From assembly GCA_045577075.1 (NCBI GenBank), contig JAZNHR010000003.1, positions 853 through 64,852 on the forward strand: a stretch of DNA of 64,000 nucleotides. The letters are read 5' to 3'. Positions 28,832 to 39,100 of the stretch are shown piece by piece (within the stretch, counting starts at the first letter, position 1; each line of letters begins with the position of its first letter). A program made the position numbers and the translations under genes. Origin of the DNA: Clostridia bacterium. GTDB taxonomy: Bacteria; Bacillota; Clostridia; UMGS1883; UMGS1540. Under the pieces are notes generated by a model. It was given only the letters and a program-made list of their open reading frames with translations, searched no databases and was not told the DNA's origin.

Positions 28832-28854
28832 GGGGTCGCCCTTCGGGCGGCCCC
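28832..28854 (+). other. GC-rich stem-loop (GGGGTCGCCC-TTC-GGGCGGCCCC) without U-tail, 17 nt before methyltransferase ATG
   Basis: 10-bp stem with one G-U pair. Confidence 0.5.
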
Positions 28855-28871
28855 GAACATGTACAAGGCTT

Positions 28872-29600
28872 ATGGAAGAATTTGAAAGAAAAGATGACCT
28901 CGAACTTGGGGGACTTTATATATGGCAAGATAAGCGCGAATTTTGCTTTGGCGTAGATGCGGTACTGCTTTCTGCTTTTGCTAACGTCAAAAAAGGAGAA
29001 CGCGTTTTAGACCTTTGCGCCGGAAACGGCATAGTGCCCATACTTCTTGCTGGTAAAACGGAGGCAGGCAGTATTACGGGGCTGGAGATCAATCCCGTGC
29101 AGGTCGCTCTGGCTCGGCGTAGCATTTTGGAAAACGGGCTTGCGAATGTAGAGATGGTGGAGGGGGATGTGCGCCTGGCACCGTCGCTTTTTGATGACAG
29201 ACGGTTTGACTGCATTACCGTAAATCCGCCGTATATCAAAGACGGGCGCATTCAAAACACGTGCCGCAATAAGGCGATTGCCCGGCATGAGGTTTTATGC
29301 ACACTGTCCGATGTACTGCGGAGTGCGGCTTCACTACTGCGGTTTGGCGGCAGATTTTATATGGTGCATCGGCCGGATAGATTGACGGATATTTTGGACG
29401 AAATGCGGGCTTTTAAACTGGAACCCAGACGCCTTCGCACTGTGCATGCAAAACTGCACGGCGAGGCAAAGCTGGTTTTGGTGGAAGGCATTTATGGCGG
29501 CGGTACTTTTTTGCATGTAATGCCGCCGCTTATTTTATATAACGAGGATGGGACATACACAGAAGATGCATTGTCCTGCTATGGAAGGGAAACAAAATGA
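28872..29600 (+). CDS. SAM-dependent methyltransferase, tRNA(m6A37) methyltransferase TrmN6/YfiC-like
   Basis: VLDLCAGNG SAM motif and NPPY N6-adenine motif; start ATG 28872 within longer ORF. Confidence 0.7.
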   Translation: MEEFERKDDLELGGLYIWQDKREFCFGVDAVLLSAFANVKKGERVLDLCAGNGIVPILLAGKTEAGSITGLEINPVQVALARRSILENGLANVEMVEGDVRLAPSLFDDRRFDCITVNPPYIKDGRIQNTCRNKAIARHEVLCTLSDVLRSAASLLRFGGRFYMVHRPDRLTDILDEMRAFKLEPRRLRTVHAKLHGEAKLVLVEGIYGGGTFLHVMPPLILYNEDGTYTEDALSCYGRETK

Positions 29601-30421
29601 CGGGTACGCTTTATGTTTGTGCAACGCCCATAGGGAACCTGGCGGATATTTCGGAAAGACTTCGGACGACTCTTGCCGAAGTGGATATTGTAGCGGCAGA
29701 GGATACACGCCACACCGGCAATCTTCTCAGGCATCTGGGGATATCAAAGCCGTGTATCAGCTATTATACCCATAACCAAAAAGGGCACGGCGAAGTGATT
29801 ATAAAAGAGCTTTTAGCAGGGAAAAACGTGGCACTTGTCAGTGATGCCGGCACCCCTGCAATCAGTGACCCTGGGGAAGAGCTTGTTAAACTGTGCGCGG
29901 CGGAAAATATTCCTACCGTGCCTGTGCCCGGCGCGTGCGCTGCGATTAGCGCCCTATCTGTTTCCGGGCTTTCTACGGGGCGGTTTGTGTTCGAGGGCTT
30001 TTTACCCATGCAGAAAAAAGGACGGATGGACCGGCTTTCGGAGCTCAAAAATGAAAAGCGGACCATCATATTTTACGAAGCGCCGCATAAGCTGAAAAGA
30101 ACGCTGGAAGATTTTGCGGATACCTTCGGCAAAGAACGGAAAATCAGCCTGTGCCGCGAAATGACGAAATTTTTTGAAGAGATTCTTCGCACCACGGTGG
30201 GAGAGGCACTTGCAAAATATGAAGCGGAGCCACCCAAAGGGGAGTTTGTACTCATTTTGGAAGGGGCAAGTGAAGAGCCTGTTTCCTGGGAGGACTTATC
30301 GGTTGCGGAACACGTGGCACTCTATGAAGAAAGCGGTATGTCCCGTATGGATGCGGTGAAGAAGGCAGCACAGGATCGAGGCGTCCCGAAACGGGAAATT
30401 TATGATATTGTGATGCGATGA
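29597..30421 (+). CDS. rsmI: 16S rRNA (cytidine1402-2'-O)-methyltransferase RsmI
   Basis: 274 aa; LYVCATPIGNLADIS, SDAGTPAISDPG tetrapyrrole-methylase fold motifs. Confidence 0.9.
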   Translation: MTGTLYVCATPIGNLADISERLRTTLAEVDIVAAEDTRHTGNLLRHLGISKPCISYYTHNQKGHGEVIIKELLAGKNVALVSDAGTPAISDPGEELVKLCAAENIPTVPVPGACAAISALSVSGLSTGRFVFEGFLPMQKKGRMDRLSELKNEKRTIIFYEAPHKLKRTLEDFADTFGKERKISLCREMTKFFEEILRTTVGEALAKYEAEPPKGEFVLILEGASEEPVSWEDLSVAEHVALYEESGMSRMDAVKKAAQDRGVPKREIYDIVMR

Positions 30422-30433
30422 AAGGATTAGAGC

Positions 30434-31465
30434 ATGCAGGTAGCAATTTTGTTTGGCGGAAAGAGCGGAGAACACGCCGTGTCCTGCCTTTCGGCGGCAT
30501 CGGTGCTGGAAAACATTCACGCTGAAAAATACACGCTAGTAAAAATCGGGATTTCAAAAACCGGCGAATGGTTTAAAACGGAAGCCTCGGCGGAAGAAAT
30601 CCGCTCTGGCCGGTGGGAAGACTTGCCGAAGCAAAAGGCAATTTTATCCCCGGACACCCGCGACCATGGCTTTTGGATTTTGGAAGACGAGAAGGCTACG
30701 CTCTTACCCGTGGACGTCATTTTCCCCGTTATGCATGGGGACTTTTGCGAGGACGGCTGCGTGCAGGGCCTTTGCGAGCTTTCCGGTATTCCCTATGTGG
30801 GGTGCGGTGTTTGTGCGTCCGCAGTGGGTATGGACAAGGATATAGCAAAGGCCATGTTTTCTGCGGCGGGGATTCCGGTGGCAGAGGGCATCGTCGTTGA
30901 AAAGGGCAAGGAACAAGACGCTATGCGACGCGTAGGCGCTACGCTTTCCTATCCTATTTTCGTGAAGCCTGCCAATGCCGGCTCGTCCCTTGGCGCCTGT
31001 AAGGTGACAAAAGAAAGCGAACTTGCGGCGGCGCTGGAAGAAGCGTTTCGGTTTGATACGAAGGTGCTGGTGGAAGAATATATTGACGCGCGGGAAATTG
31101 AATGTGCTGTCCTCGGAAACGCAGATGCCAAGGCGTCCGTGCTCGGGGAAATCGTTCCGGAAGCGGAATTTTATGACTATGATGCCAAATACATAGACGG
31201 CACCTCAAAGCTTTTAATTCCTGCCCCCCTTTCGGTGGAAGAAACAAACACCATTCGGGAGTATGCCGTACGTGCATTTCAGGCAATTGGCGGCGAGGGG
31301 TTTTCGAGAGTCGACTTTTTCATGGATAAAAAGTCCGGAAAAATTGTCATCAATGAAATTAACACTATTCCCGGGTTTACAGAAATCAGCATGTACCCCA
31401 AGCTCTGGCAGGCAAGCGGCATATCTTACGGGGATTTAATCGATACACTGATAGAACTTGCATAA
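30434..31465 (+). CDS. ddl: D-alanine--D-alanine ligase
   Basis: 343 aa; ATP-grasp, N-term VAILFGGKSGEHAVS. Confidence 0.92.
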   Translation: MQVAILFGGKSGEHAVSCLSAASVLENIHAEKYTLVKIGISKTGEWFKTEASAEEIRSGRWEDLPKQKAILSPDTRDHGFWILEDEKATLLPVDVIFPVMHGDFCEDGCVQGLCELSGIPYVGCGVCASAVGMDKDIAKAMFSAAGIPVAEGIVVEKGKEQDAMRRVGATLSYPIFVKPANAGSSLGACKVTKESELAAALEEAFRFDTKVLVEEYIDAREIECAVLGNADAKASVLGEIVPEAEFYDYDAKYIDGTSKLLIPAPLSVEETNTIREYAVRAFQAIGGEGFSRVDFFMDKKSGKIVINEINTIPGFTEISMYPKLWQASGISYGDLIDTLIELA

Positions 31466-31482
31466 CTGTCAGAACTTAACTT

Positions 31483-31511
31483 TTGCATTTTACCTGTATT
31501 TGTGCTATACT
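31483..31511 (+). promoter_or_regulatory. sigma-A-type promoter (TTGCAT-17-TATACT) for DUF1934-argS operon
   Basis: consensus-like hexamers 30 nt upstream of ATG 31541. Confidence 0.55.
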
Positions 31512-31540
31512 AAGCTTAAATACATACGAGGAGCACGGCC

Positions 31541-31966
31541 ATGAATAAAGAAGTTATCATTTCTATAAACGGAGAAGAAAAATTTCCGGAAATGGGTGAA
31601 GAAAATGTAACGGAGCTTGTCACGGAAGGCAAATACTATAAAAAAGGGGACAAGCACTATATTTCCTATAAAGAAACAGAGGTCACGGGCTTTGAAGAAA
31701 CCACCACAATGCTGAAAATTGAAAATGACCGTGTGGCCTTGACGCGCTTTGGGCAATTTAATACCCATATGGTGTTTGCACCAGGGGAAAAGCATACCGG
31801 GTATTACGATACGCCCTTCGGCAGTTTTACCGTCGGCATTGTTTCGGATGCGGTGAAGGTGGAATTTGGACAGAAAAGCGGACAGATTGATATTCGCTAT
31901 TCCCTTGAAATTGATAATAATACAAAGGCAGAGCATAAGCTCTCCTTAAATGTGCGGGAAGCATAA
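31541..31966 (+). CDS. DUF1934 (YwiB-like) beta-barrel protein
   Basis: 141 aa; conserved position upstream of argS as in B. subtilis ywiB-argS. Confidence 0.75.
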   Translation: MNKEVIISINGEEKFPEMGEENVTELVTEGKYYKKGDKHYISYKETEVTGFEETTTMLKIENDRVALTRFGQFNTHMVFAPGEKHTGYYDTPFGSFTVGIVSDAVKVEFGQKSGQIDIRYSLEIDNNTKAEHKLSLNVREA

Positions 31967-31987
31967 TAAGAAAGCGGAGGAAAAAGA

Positions 31988-33655
31988 ATGTATACAGCGG
32001 AAAAAGTTTTACATACAGTAGAAAATCTTGTCAAGGAGGCTATTTCAAAAGCATATCCCGAGGTGGAAATGCCTGCCTTTTTAGTCGAGGCACCCAAAGC
32101 CGAAGCCCACGGCGATTTTTCTACGAATGCGGCCATGCTTCTTACAAAAGCACTGCGCCGTGCGCCCCGTGACATTGCGGCGGCAATTTTAGAGAATATG
32201 CCGCAGGATGCCCTTGTAGAGCGCACCGAAATTGCAGGCCCGGGCTTTATTAACTTTTATTTAGACCCGGCTTGGATTTACGGCACCCTCGCGGATATTG
32301 AAGAGCGCGGAGCGGACTATGGCAGAATCGAGGACGGCAAAGGGAAAAAGGTTATGGTGGAATTTGTCAGCGCCAACCCCACAGGCCCCATGCATATGGG
32401 AAATGCCCGTGGCGGCGCCATCGGCGATTCCCTTTCAGCCCTTCTCGATATGGCAGGCTGGGAGGTTTGCCGTGAATTTTACTTAAACGATGCCGGCGCC
32501 CAGATTGAAAAGTTTGGCATGAGCCTGGAGGCAAGATTTTTGCAAATTTTAACAGGGAAAGAAGATTTTCCCGAGGACGGCTATCAGGGCGCAGATATTA
32601 CGGAGCTTGCCCAAAGCTATATTGATGAAAACGGTAGTGCGCTCTTGGAAAAGGACAGTGCAGAGCGTCGCCGTGTGCTGGTAGAATATGCCCTGCCGAA
32701 AAACATTGCAAAGATGCAGGCGGATTTGGCGAAATATAGAATCGAGTACGATAACTGGTACAGAGAAAGCGCACTTTACGCCAGCGGCGAAGTGGAGGAA
32801 ACCATTGCCCTTTTAGGGGAAAAGGACCTTACCTATGAAAAAGAAGGCGCCGTCTGGTTTAAGAGTACCCGTTTCGGTGCTGAAAAGGATGACGTTTTGG
32901 TACGTGCCAATGGAATTCCCACCTATTTTGCCGCCGATATTGCCTATCACAGAAATAAGCTTGCCGGCAGAAACTTTGATAAAGCCATTAACATTTGGGG
33001 TGCTGACCACCACGGCCACATTGCCCGTATGAAGGGGGCAATGGAGGCACTTGGTATTGACCCGGAGCGTCTCCATGTCATTACTATGCAGCTTGTACGC
33101 CTTGTGGAAAAGGGTGAGGTTGTTCGCATGAGTAAGCGTACAGGCCGCATGATTACCCTTTCCGACCTTCTGGACGAAATCGGTGTAGACGCGGCGCGCT
33201 TCTTCTTTAATCTCCGCCAGGCAGGCAGTCACTTTGAATTTGATTTAGGGCTTGCGGTAGAACAGTCTAACGACAACCCTGTATTTTATGTGCAGTACGC
33301 CTATGCCCGTATTTGCAGTATTCTCCGTCTTTTAAAGGAGGAGGGCACCACGGTACGCCCCTATAAGGCACTTACGCCTTCTCTTCTTGCGGACGAGCAT
33401 GAGCGTGCACTGATTAAAAAGCTTGCGGAATTCCCTGAAGAAATCCGTGTGGCGGCGGCATCTCTGGAGCCTTCCAGAATCACACGCTACGCCATGGATA
33501 CAGCGGCACTTTTCCATAGCTTCTATAACGCTTGCCATGTCAGAACGGAAAACGCAGAGCTTACGGCGGCACGCCTTTCCCTTGTGGAATGTACGCGGGT
33601 TGTCCTTGGCAATGCCCTTCGTATGCTTTCTGTTTCCGCGCCGGAAAAAATGTAA
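31988..33655 (+). CDS. argS: arginine--tRNA ligase
   Basis: 555 aa; HMGN (HIGH variant) motif, class I core, anticodon-binding C-term. Confidence 0.95.
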   Translation: MYTAEKVLHTVENLVKEAISKAYPEVEMPAFLVEAPKAEAHGDFSTNAAMLLTKALRRAPRDIAAAILENMPQDALVERTEIAGPGFINFYLDPAWIYGTLADIEERGADYGRIEDGKGKKVMVEFVSANPTGPMHMGNARGGAIGDSLSALLDMAGWEVCREFYLNDAGAQIEKFGMSLEARFLQILTGKEDFPEDGYQGADITELAQSYIDENGSALLEKDSAERRRVLVEYALPKNIAKMQADLAKYRIEYDNWYRESALYASGEVEETIALLGEKDLTYEKEGAVWFKSTRFGAEKDDVLVRANGIPTYFAADIAYHRNKLAGRNFDKAINIWGADHHGHIARMKGAMEALGIDPERLHVITMQLVRLVEKGEVVRMSKRTGRMITLSDLLDEIGVDAARFFFNLRQAGSHFEFDLGLAVEQSNDNPVFYVQYAYARICSILRLLKEEGTTVRPYKALTPSLLADEHERALIKKLAEFPEEIRVAAASLEPSRITRYAMDTAALFHSFYNACHVRTENAELTAARLSLVECTRVVLGNALRMLSVSAPEKM

Positions 33656-33674
33656 GGAAAGAAAGGGATTTCTT

Positions 33675-35093
33675 TTGAAAAACTGGATTTTGAAACTTGT
33701 TTGTACCGTTTTATGTCTGGTGCTTTGCGTCGCACCTGTCTCGGCAACGGAAATGCCGGGAGAACTGCAATATATCTATATCCATGACCTTGTAGACTAC
33801 ATACAAGAATATGCAAAATTTCCCGAGGAGAAAGATGTGCTTTTGGACATTGCCTTTCGGGAGAGACTTGTAAACCCCGACTCGGGCTTTAACGGCATGG
33901 TAAAGGCTGTGATGTCCTCGCTCGACGAGCACAGTGGCTACATGGATGAAAACACCTATAACGCTTTTATGCAGGAAAGCGTGGAAGGGGAATTTACCGG
34001 CATCGGCGTTACCATTTCCATTACGGCAAACGCATACGTCGTTATTTCTGCTATCCCCGGCTCTCCTGCGGAAAAGGCAGGACTTATGGCGGGGGACATC
34101 CTTGTGGCGGTAGACGATGTGAATATCGAGCAAAACGATTTCGAGGATGTAAAGAGTCGCATCACGGGGAAGGAAGGCACCACGGTCAAAATTACGGTTA
34201 AAAGAGAAAACCGGCTGGAATCCTTTACGGTAATGCGCGCCGTGCTGGAAGCAGAGACGGTGGAATACGAAGTGCTGGACGGTGTGGGCTACATTCGCCT
34301 TACCGGCTTTAACGCAAACAGCGAAAAAGGCGTAAAGGAAGCGACAGATTTCTTTACCGAACGCGGCATAGAAAATGTGATTATTGACCTTCGCAATAAT
34401 CCCGGCGGAGAACTGAACGCCGCCCTTTCGGTCTGCCGCCTGTTTTCGCCGAAGGGCGTTATTATGCGCGTAGAATACGCGGACAGTAGGCAAAATAAGC
34501 TTTATTATAACGAGGAAAATAACGCCGGCAAGTTTAATCTTGCAGTTTTGGTCAATGCGGGTAGTGCCTCGGCCTCCGAGCTGTTTGCAGGGGCGATTAA
34601 AGATACCGCCTCCGGCGTTATAATCGGGACGAAAACCTTCGGCAAAGGCACAGTACAAACCCTTTTGCCCATTATATCCGGCGGCGGTATTCGTCTTACC
34701 ATTGCAGAATATAAAACCGCGGGTGGCCGCAGCATCCACCATAAAGGGATTGAGCCCGATATTTATGTGAAGAACACGAAAAAAGTCATTGACACTTCCT
34801 ATATGGTGCCCCTCCAGCTGCAAAATGAATGGCATGAGGGGGACACGGGAGAGGGCGTTTTGGCGGTGGAACAGCGCCTGGAATTTTGGGGCTATTTAGA
34901 GGAAGCGGACGATACTGCGGATGGAAAAACCACAGAGGCTCTTCGCCTTTTTCAGGCACAAAATGGGCTGACAGCCTCCGGCACGGCGGATTTCTATACG
35001 CAACTTCGATTAAACGATGCAGAGTATGATCAGCCTATGGAACAGGATGACCAGCTTGCCAGAGCATTGGAGTATTTTAAAAATGAAGTTTAA
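33675..35093 (+). CDS. S41-family carboxy-terminal processing peptidase (CtpA/CtpB-like) with PDZ and C-terminal peptidoglycan-binding repeats
   Basis: TTG start after GGAAAGAAAGGG; signal peptide; PDZ (GIGVTI..PAEKAGLMAGD), S41 GSASASE, C-terminal PG-binding-like helices. Confidence 0.85.
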   Translation: MKNWILKLVCTVLCLVLCVAPVSATEMPGELQYIYIHDLVDYIQEYAKFPEEKDVLLDIAFRERLVNPDSGFNGMVKAVMSSLDEHSGYMDENTYNAFMQESVEGEFTGIGVTISITANAYVVISAIPGSPAEKAGLMAGDILVAVDDVNIEQNDFEDVKSRITGKEGTTVKITVKRENRLESFTVMRAVLEAETVEYEVLDGVGYIRLTGFNANSEKGVKEATDFFTERGIENVIIDLRNNPGGELNAALSVCRLFSPKGVIMRVEYADSRQNKLYYNEENNAGKFNLAVLVNAGSASASELFAGAIKDTASGVIIGTKTFGKGTVQTLLPIISGGGIRLTIAEYKTAGGRSIHHKGIEPDIYVKNTKKVIDTSYMVPLQLQNEWHEGDTGEGVLAVEQRLEFWGYLEEADDTADGKTTEALRLFQAQNGLTASGTADFYTQLRLNDAEYDQPMEQDDQLARALEYFKNEV

Positions 35094-36123
35094 AGTAGGA
35101 AATGTCACAATTGGTGGCGGCGCACCCGTATCGGTGCAAACCATGACCACAACCGATACCAAAAATGCAGAGGCTACAATTGCACAAATTAAACTTTTGG
35201 AAAAAGCAGGGGCGGACATTGTCCGCCTTGCCGTACCGGATATGGCGGCGGCAGAAAGCTTTGCCCGTATCAAAAAAGCAGTACGTGTACCCCTTGTATG
35301 TGACATTCATTTTGATTACCGCATTGCCCTTGCCTGTATAAAGGCAGGCGCCGATAAAATCCGTATAAACCCCGGCAATATCGGGGACGCGTCGCGCGTT
35401 CGAAAAGTAGCGGAAGCGGCGAAAGACGCCGGGATTCCCATTCGTATCGGCGTAAACGGCGGTTCTCTTGAAAAAGAAGTATACGAAAAATACGGGAATA
35501 CCCCGAAAGCGATGGTGGAAAGCGCAAAATACCATGCCTCCCTTTTAGAAAACGAGGGGTTTTCCGATATTATAATTAGCCTTAAGGCATCGGATGTGCA
35601 GAAAACGGTGGAGGCATACCGCCTCATGGCAAAAGACTGCCCGTACCCCTTACATGTAGGCGTGACGGAAGCAGGCACGGCGTATGCAGGGCTTATTAAA
35701 TCCGCAGCCGGTATTGGGAGCTTACTGCTTGACGGCATCGGGGATACCATTCGGGTATCGCTGTCGGCACCGCCTGAGGAGGAAGTAAAAGCTGGGATTA
35801 CCTTGCTTCGCGCATTAGGGCTTAGACAGGGGGCACAGCTGATTTCCTGTCCAACCTGCGGCAGATGCAAGATAGACCTTATGCCCGTCGCGAGGGAGAT
35901 GGAAGCATATCTTTCTAAAATTGACACACCGATTCGCGTGGCGGTAATGGGATGTGCAGTAAACGGCCCCGGGGAAGCGAAGGAGGCAGACGTTGGTGTT
36001 GCCGGCGGTGACGGCAAGGCCGTGTTGTTTCGCCACGGCGAAATTGTACAAAGCATTCCGGCAGATGCAATTTTGCCGACCTTAAAAAGCGAAGTGGAAA
36101 GGATTATAAAAGCGTGGAAGTAA
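35083..36123 (+). CDS. ispG: 4-hydroxy-3-methylbut-2-en-1-yl diphosphate synthase (flavodoxin)
   Basis: MKFKVGNVTIGGGAPVSVQTMT; C-terminal CPTCGRC cluster. Confidence 0.93.
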   Translation: MKFKVGNVTIGGGAPVSVQTMTTTDTKNAEATIAQIKLLEKAGADIVRLAVPDMAAAESFARIKKAVRVPLVCDIHFDYRIALACIKAGADKIRINPGNIGDASRVRKVAEAAKDAGIPIRIGVNGGSLEKEVYEKYGNTPKAMVESAKYHASLLENEGFSDIIISLKASDVQKTVEAYRLMAKDCPYPLHVGVTEAGTAYAGLIKSAAGIGSLLLDGIGDTIRVSLSAPPEEEVKAGITLLRALGLRQGAQLISCPTCGRCKIDLMPVAREMEAYLSKIDTPIRVAVMGCAVNGPGEAKEADVGVAGGDGKAVLFRHGEIVQSIPADAILPTLKSEVERIIKAWK

Positions 36124-39100
36124 ACGGCACAAAATCCATACAAGAAGCGTTTGGCGGCGCACCCATACCTGTGGGCGCCGCTGATTTTCGTGTTGCCGCA
36201 CTGAAGGTAGACCCTGCCTCACGCAGTATGAAAATAAAGCTTTGGCTTCCAAAAATTCCAATATACGGGGATATTCTCGCGCTAAAAAAAGAGCTTACGG
36301 CGTATTACGCCTTGCACAGTATATCCTGCGATTTTGTATTTGGCACACTGCCGCCGGAAGGTGAGCGCACCTTAGCCTTGCGGGACTTTATTATTGGGCT
36401 GTTGGCAGAGGAAAAGCCGGTACTCGAGTATGTGCTGAAAGACAGCGTTTGGCAGGCAAAGGACGGCATTTTGGAAATTTGCCTTCACCATGGCGGCGGC
36501 GAGCTTTTAAAGGCAGAAGGTGCCGCACGTGATATTGCGAAAACCGTTTTTAAGCTTGCAGGGGAGACGGTCAAAGTACAGTTTACGGAAGAACTGGAGG
36601 AAATGGAGCTTGCGGCAAAGCCCATTCCCATGCCCCAGCGACCGACAATTACCAAGGAGAAAGAATCCGTACCCATCGTAGGCGGCGTCATTCTCGGCAA
36701 GCCCATTGATACGGAAACGATGCCCATTGCAAATATTGAGGAAGGCAGCGGCAGATGTACCATTTGCGGCGAAGTCTTTTCCGCCGAAGGGCGCGACATT
36801 AAAGAAAAGAAATTATTTACGTTTAATATTACGGATAAAACCGATTCTATTACCTGCAAACTTTTCTTAGCATCAGATAAGTATGAAACGGTGTCCGCGG
36901 CAGTCAAAAAGGGGTCTTATGTTCTGGTGCGCGGCAACGCCACCTTTGATTCCTTTGCCGGGGAAGTGGTTATAAGAGTGCAGGATATCGGAGAGGCGAA
37001 AAAACATGAAAAGGCGGACGTGGCAGAGGAAAAGCGCGTAGAATTGCACGTCCACACCCAGATGTCCAGCATGGATGGCGTATCCAGCGCCACCGCCCTT
37101 GTAAAACAGGCAATAAAGTACGGCCATAGTGCCATTGCCATTACGGACCACGGCGTCGTCCAGGCGTTTCCGGAAGCGTACAAGGCGGCAAAGGGGTCGG
37201 ACATAAAAGTCATTTTCGGCGTAGAAGCCTACTTTGTCAACGACATAGGTGCTTCCCTCTATAAAGGCAAATCTTGGCCCATAGACGGCGAAATGGTTGC
37301 ATTTGACATTGAAACGACGGGGCTTAGCCCCAAAACGGAACGGATTACGGAAATCGGTGCCGTTAAAATTCGGGACGGTGCCGTAATTGACACCTTCTCC
37401 ACCTTTGTGAATCCCGGAAAACCCATTCCGGCAAAAATTGTGGAGCTTACGGGCATTACGGACGCTATGGTTGCAGACGCACCGGATGAGACGCAGGCTG
37501 TCCGCGATTTTCTGGCATTTTGCGGCGAAGCCCCCATTATCGCCCATAATGCCTCGTTTGATACAAGCTTTATCCGGGCGGCATGCACGCGGATGGGTGA
37601 AAAGTATACGCCCTCGATTATCGATACCCTTGTTTTTTGCCGTGCCATGGTTATTAGTAAACGGCAACATTCTCTCGACAAAATGGCGAAGTATTTCGGC
37701 ATAGAAAATCCTTCCCACCACCGCGCCGTAAACGATGCACAGGTTTGTGCACAGATTTGGGCGGCACTTGCAGAGCAGCTGAAAGACATGGGCGTTTCGG
37801 ATCTCGCGGATATTGATAAAAAGATGGCAGGCAACGTAGATATGAAAACACTGCCGTCCTACCATATGATTTTACTTGCAAAAAATCGGCAGGGGCTTTT
37901 TAATCTCTATACCTTGATTACAAAATCCCACATGGATTATTTTCATAAAACACCAAGAATCCCGAAAAGCGAGCTTGTAAAATACAGAGAAGGGCTTTTG
38001 GTAGGCTCAGCGTGCGAGGCAGGTGAGCTTTTCCGCGCTATGGTGGCAGACGAAAGCGAAGCAAGCCTGTTAAAAATTGCGGATTTTTATGATTATCTGG
38101 AAATCCAACCCCTTGGCAACAACCAATTTATGATTCAAAACGGGACGGCGAGCGACGAGGAACAGCTAAAAGACTATAACCGCCGCATTGTGGCGATGGG
38201 TGAAAAGCTTGGCAAACCCGTGGTTGCCACAGGGGACGTCCATTTCTTAAATCGCGAGGATGAGGTGTACCGCCGCATCCTTATGGCAGGCAAGGGGTTT
38301 GACGATGCAGATAATCAGGCACCCCTTTATTTCCGCACTACCAATGAAATGCTGGAGGAATTTGGATACCTTGGGGACGAGGTGGCAAGACGGGTTGTAA
38401 TCGAAAATACGCGCCTGATAGCGGACGAAATTGAAAACATTCCCCCTGTCCCGAAGGAAAAGTGTCCTCCGGAAATCGAGGGCTCGGATACAGACATTAT
38501 GCATATGAGCCGGGAAAAGGCGGAGCGCATTTATGGCTCGCCCCTTCCGGAAATCGTGCAAAAGCGCATGGATAAGGAACTGGACAGCATTATTTCAAAC
38601 GGCTTTGCCGTTATGTACCTCATTGCCCATAAGCTTGTAAAAAAGTCCAATGAGGACGGGTATCTCGTCGGTTCCCGTGGTTCTGTCGGTTCTTCCTTTG
38701 TGGCGTTTCTTTCCGATATTACCGAAATCAACGCCCTGCCGCCCCATTATGTTTGCCCAAAATGTAAATACAGTGAGTTTATTGAAGGCACCGCCATTTC
38801 CGGCTGTGACCTACCGGATAAAAACTGCCCGAATTGCGGTACCCCCCTTTATAAAGACGGGCATGATATTCCCTTTGAAACATTCCTCGGCTTTGACGGG
38901 GATAAGGCACCGGATATAGACCTTAACTTCTCCGGTGACTATCAGGCGATTGCCCATAAATATACGGAAGTTCTGTTTGGTGCAGATAACGTCTATAAGG
39001 CAGGCACAATCGGCACCCTTGCGGAAAAAACTGCCTATGGCTATGTGCGAAAGTATTTCGAGGAGCGAGGAAAAACCCTTCGAAAAGCAGAGCTTGACAG

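Noticed and set aside
36873-37865. 330-aa minus-strand ORF, and the 33711-34835, 35316-36143, 45310-46188, 58072-59070 and 51221-51919 ORFs, antisense to polC, ctp, ispG, csd, mfd and relA
   Set aside because: All lie opposite strongly supported genes, lack RBSs and show no recognisable motifs.
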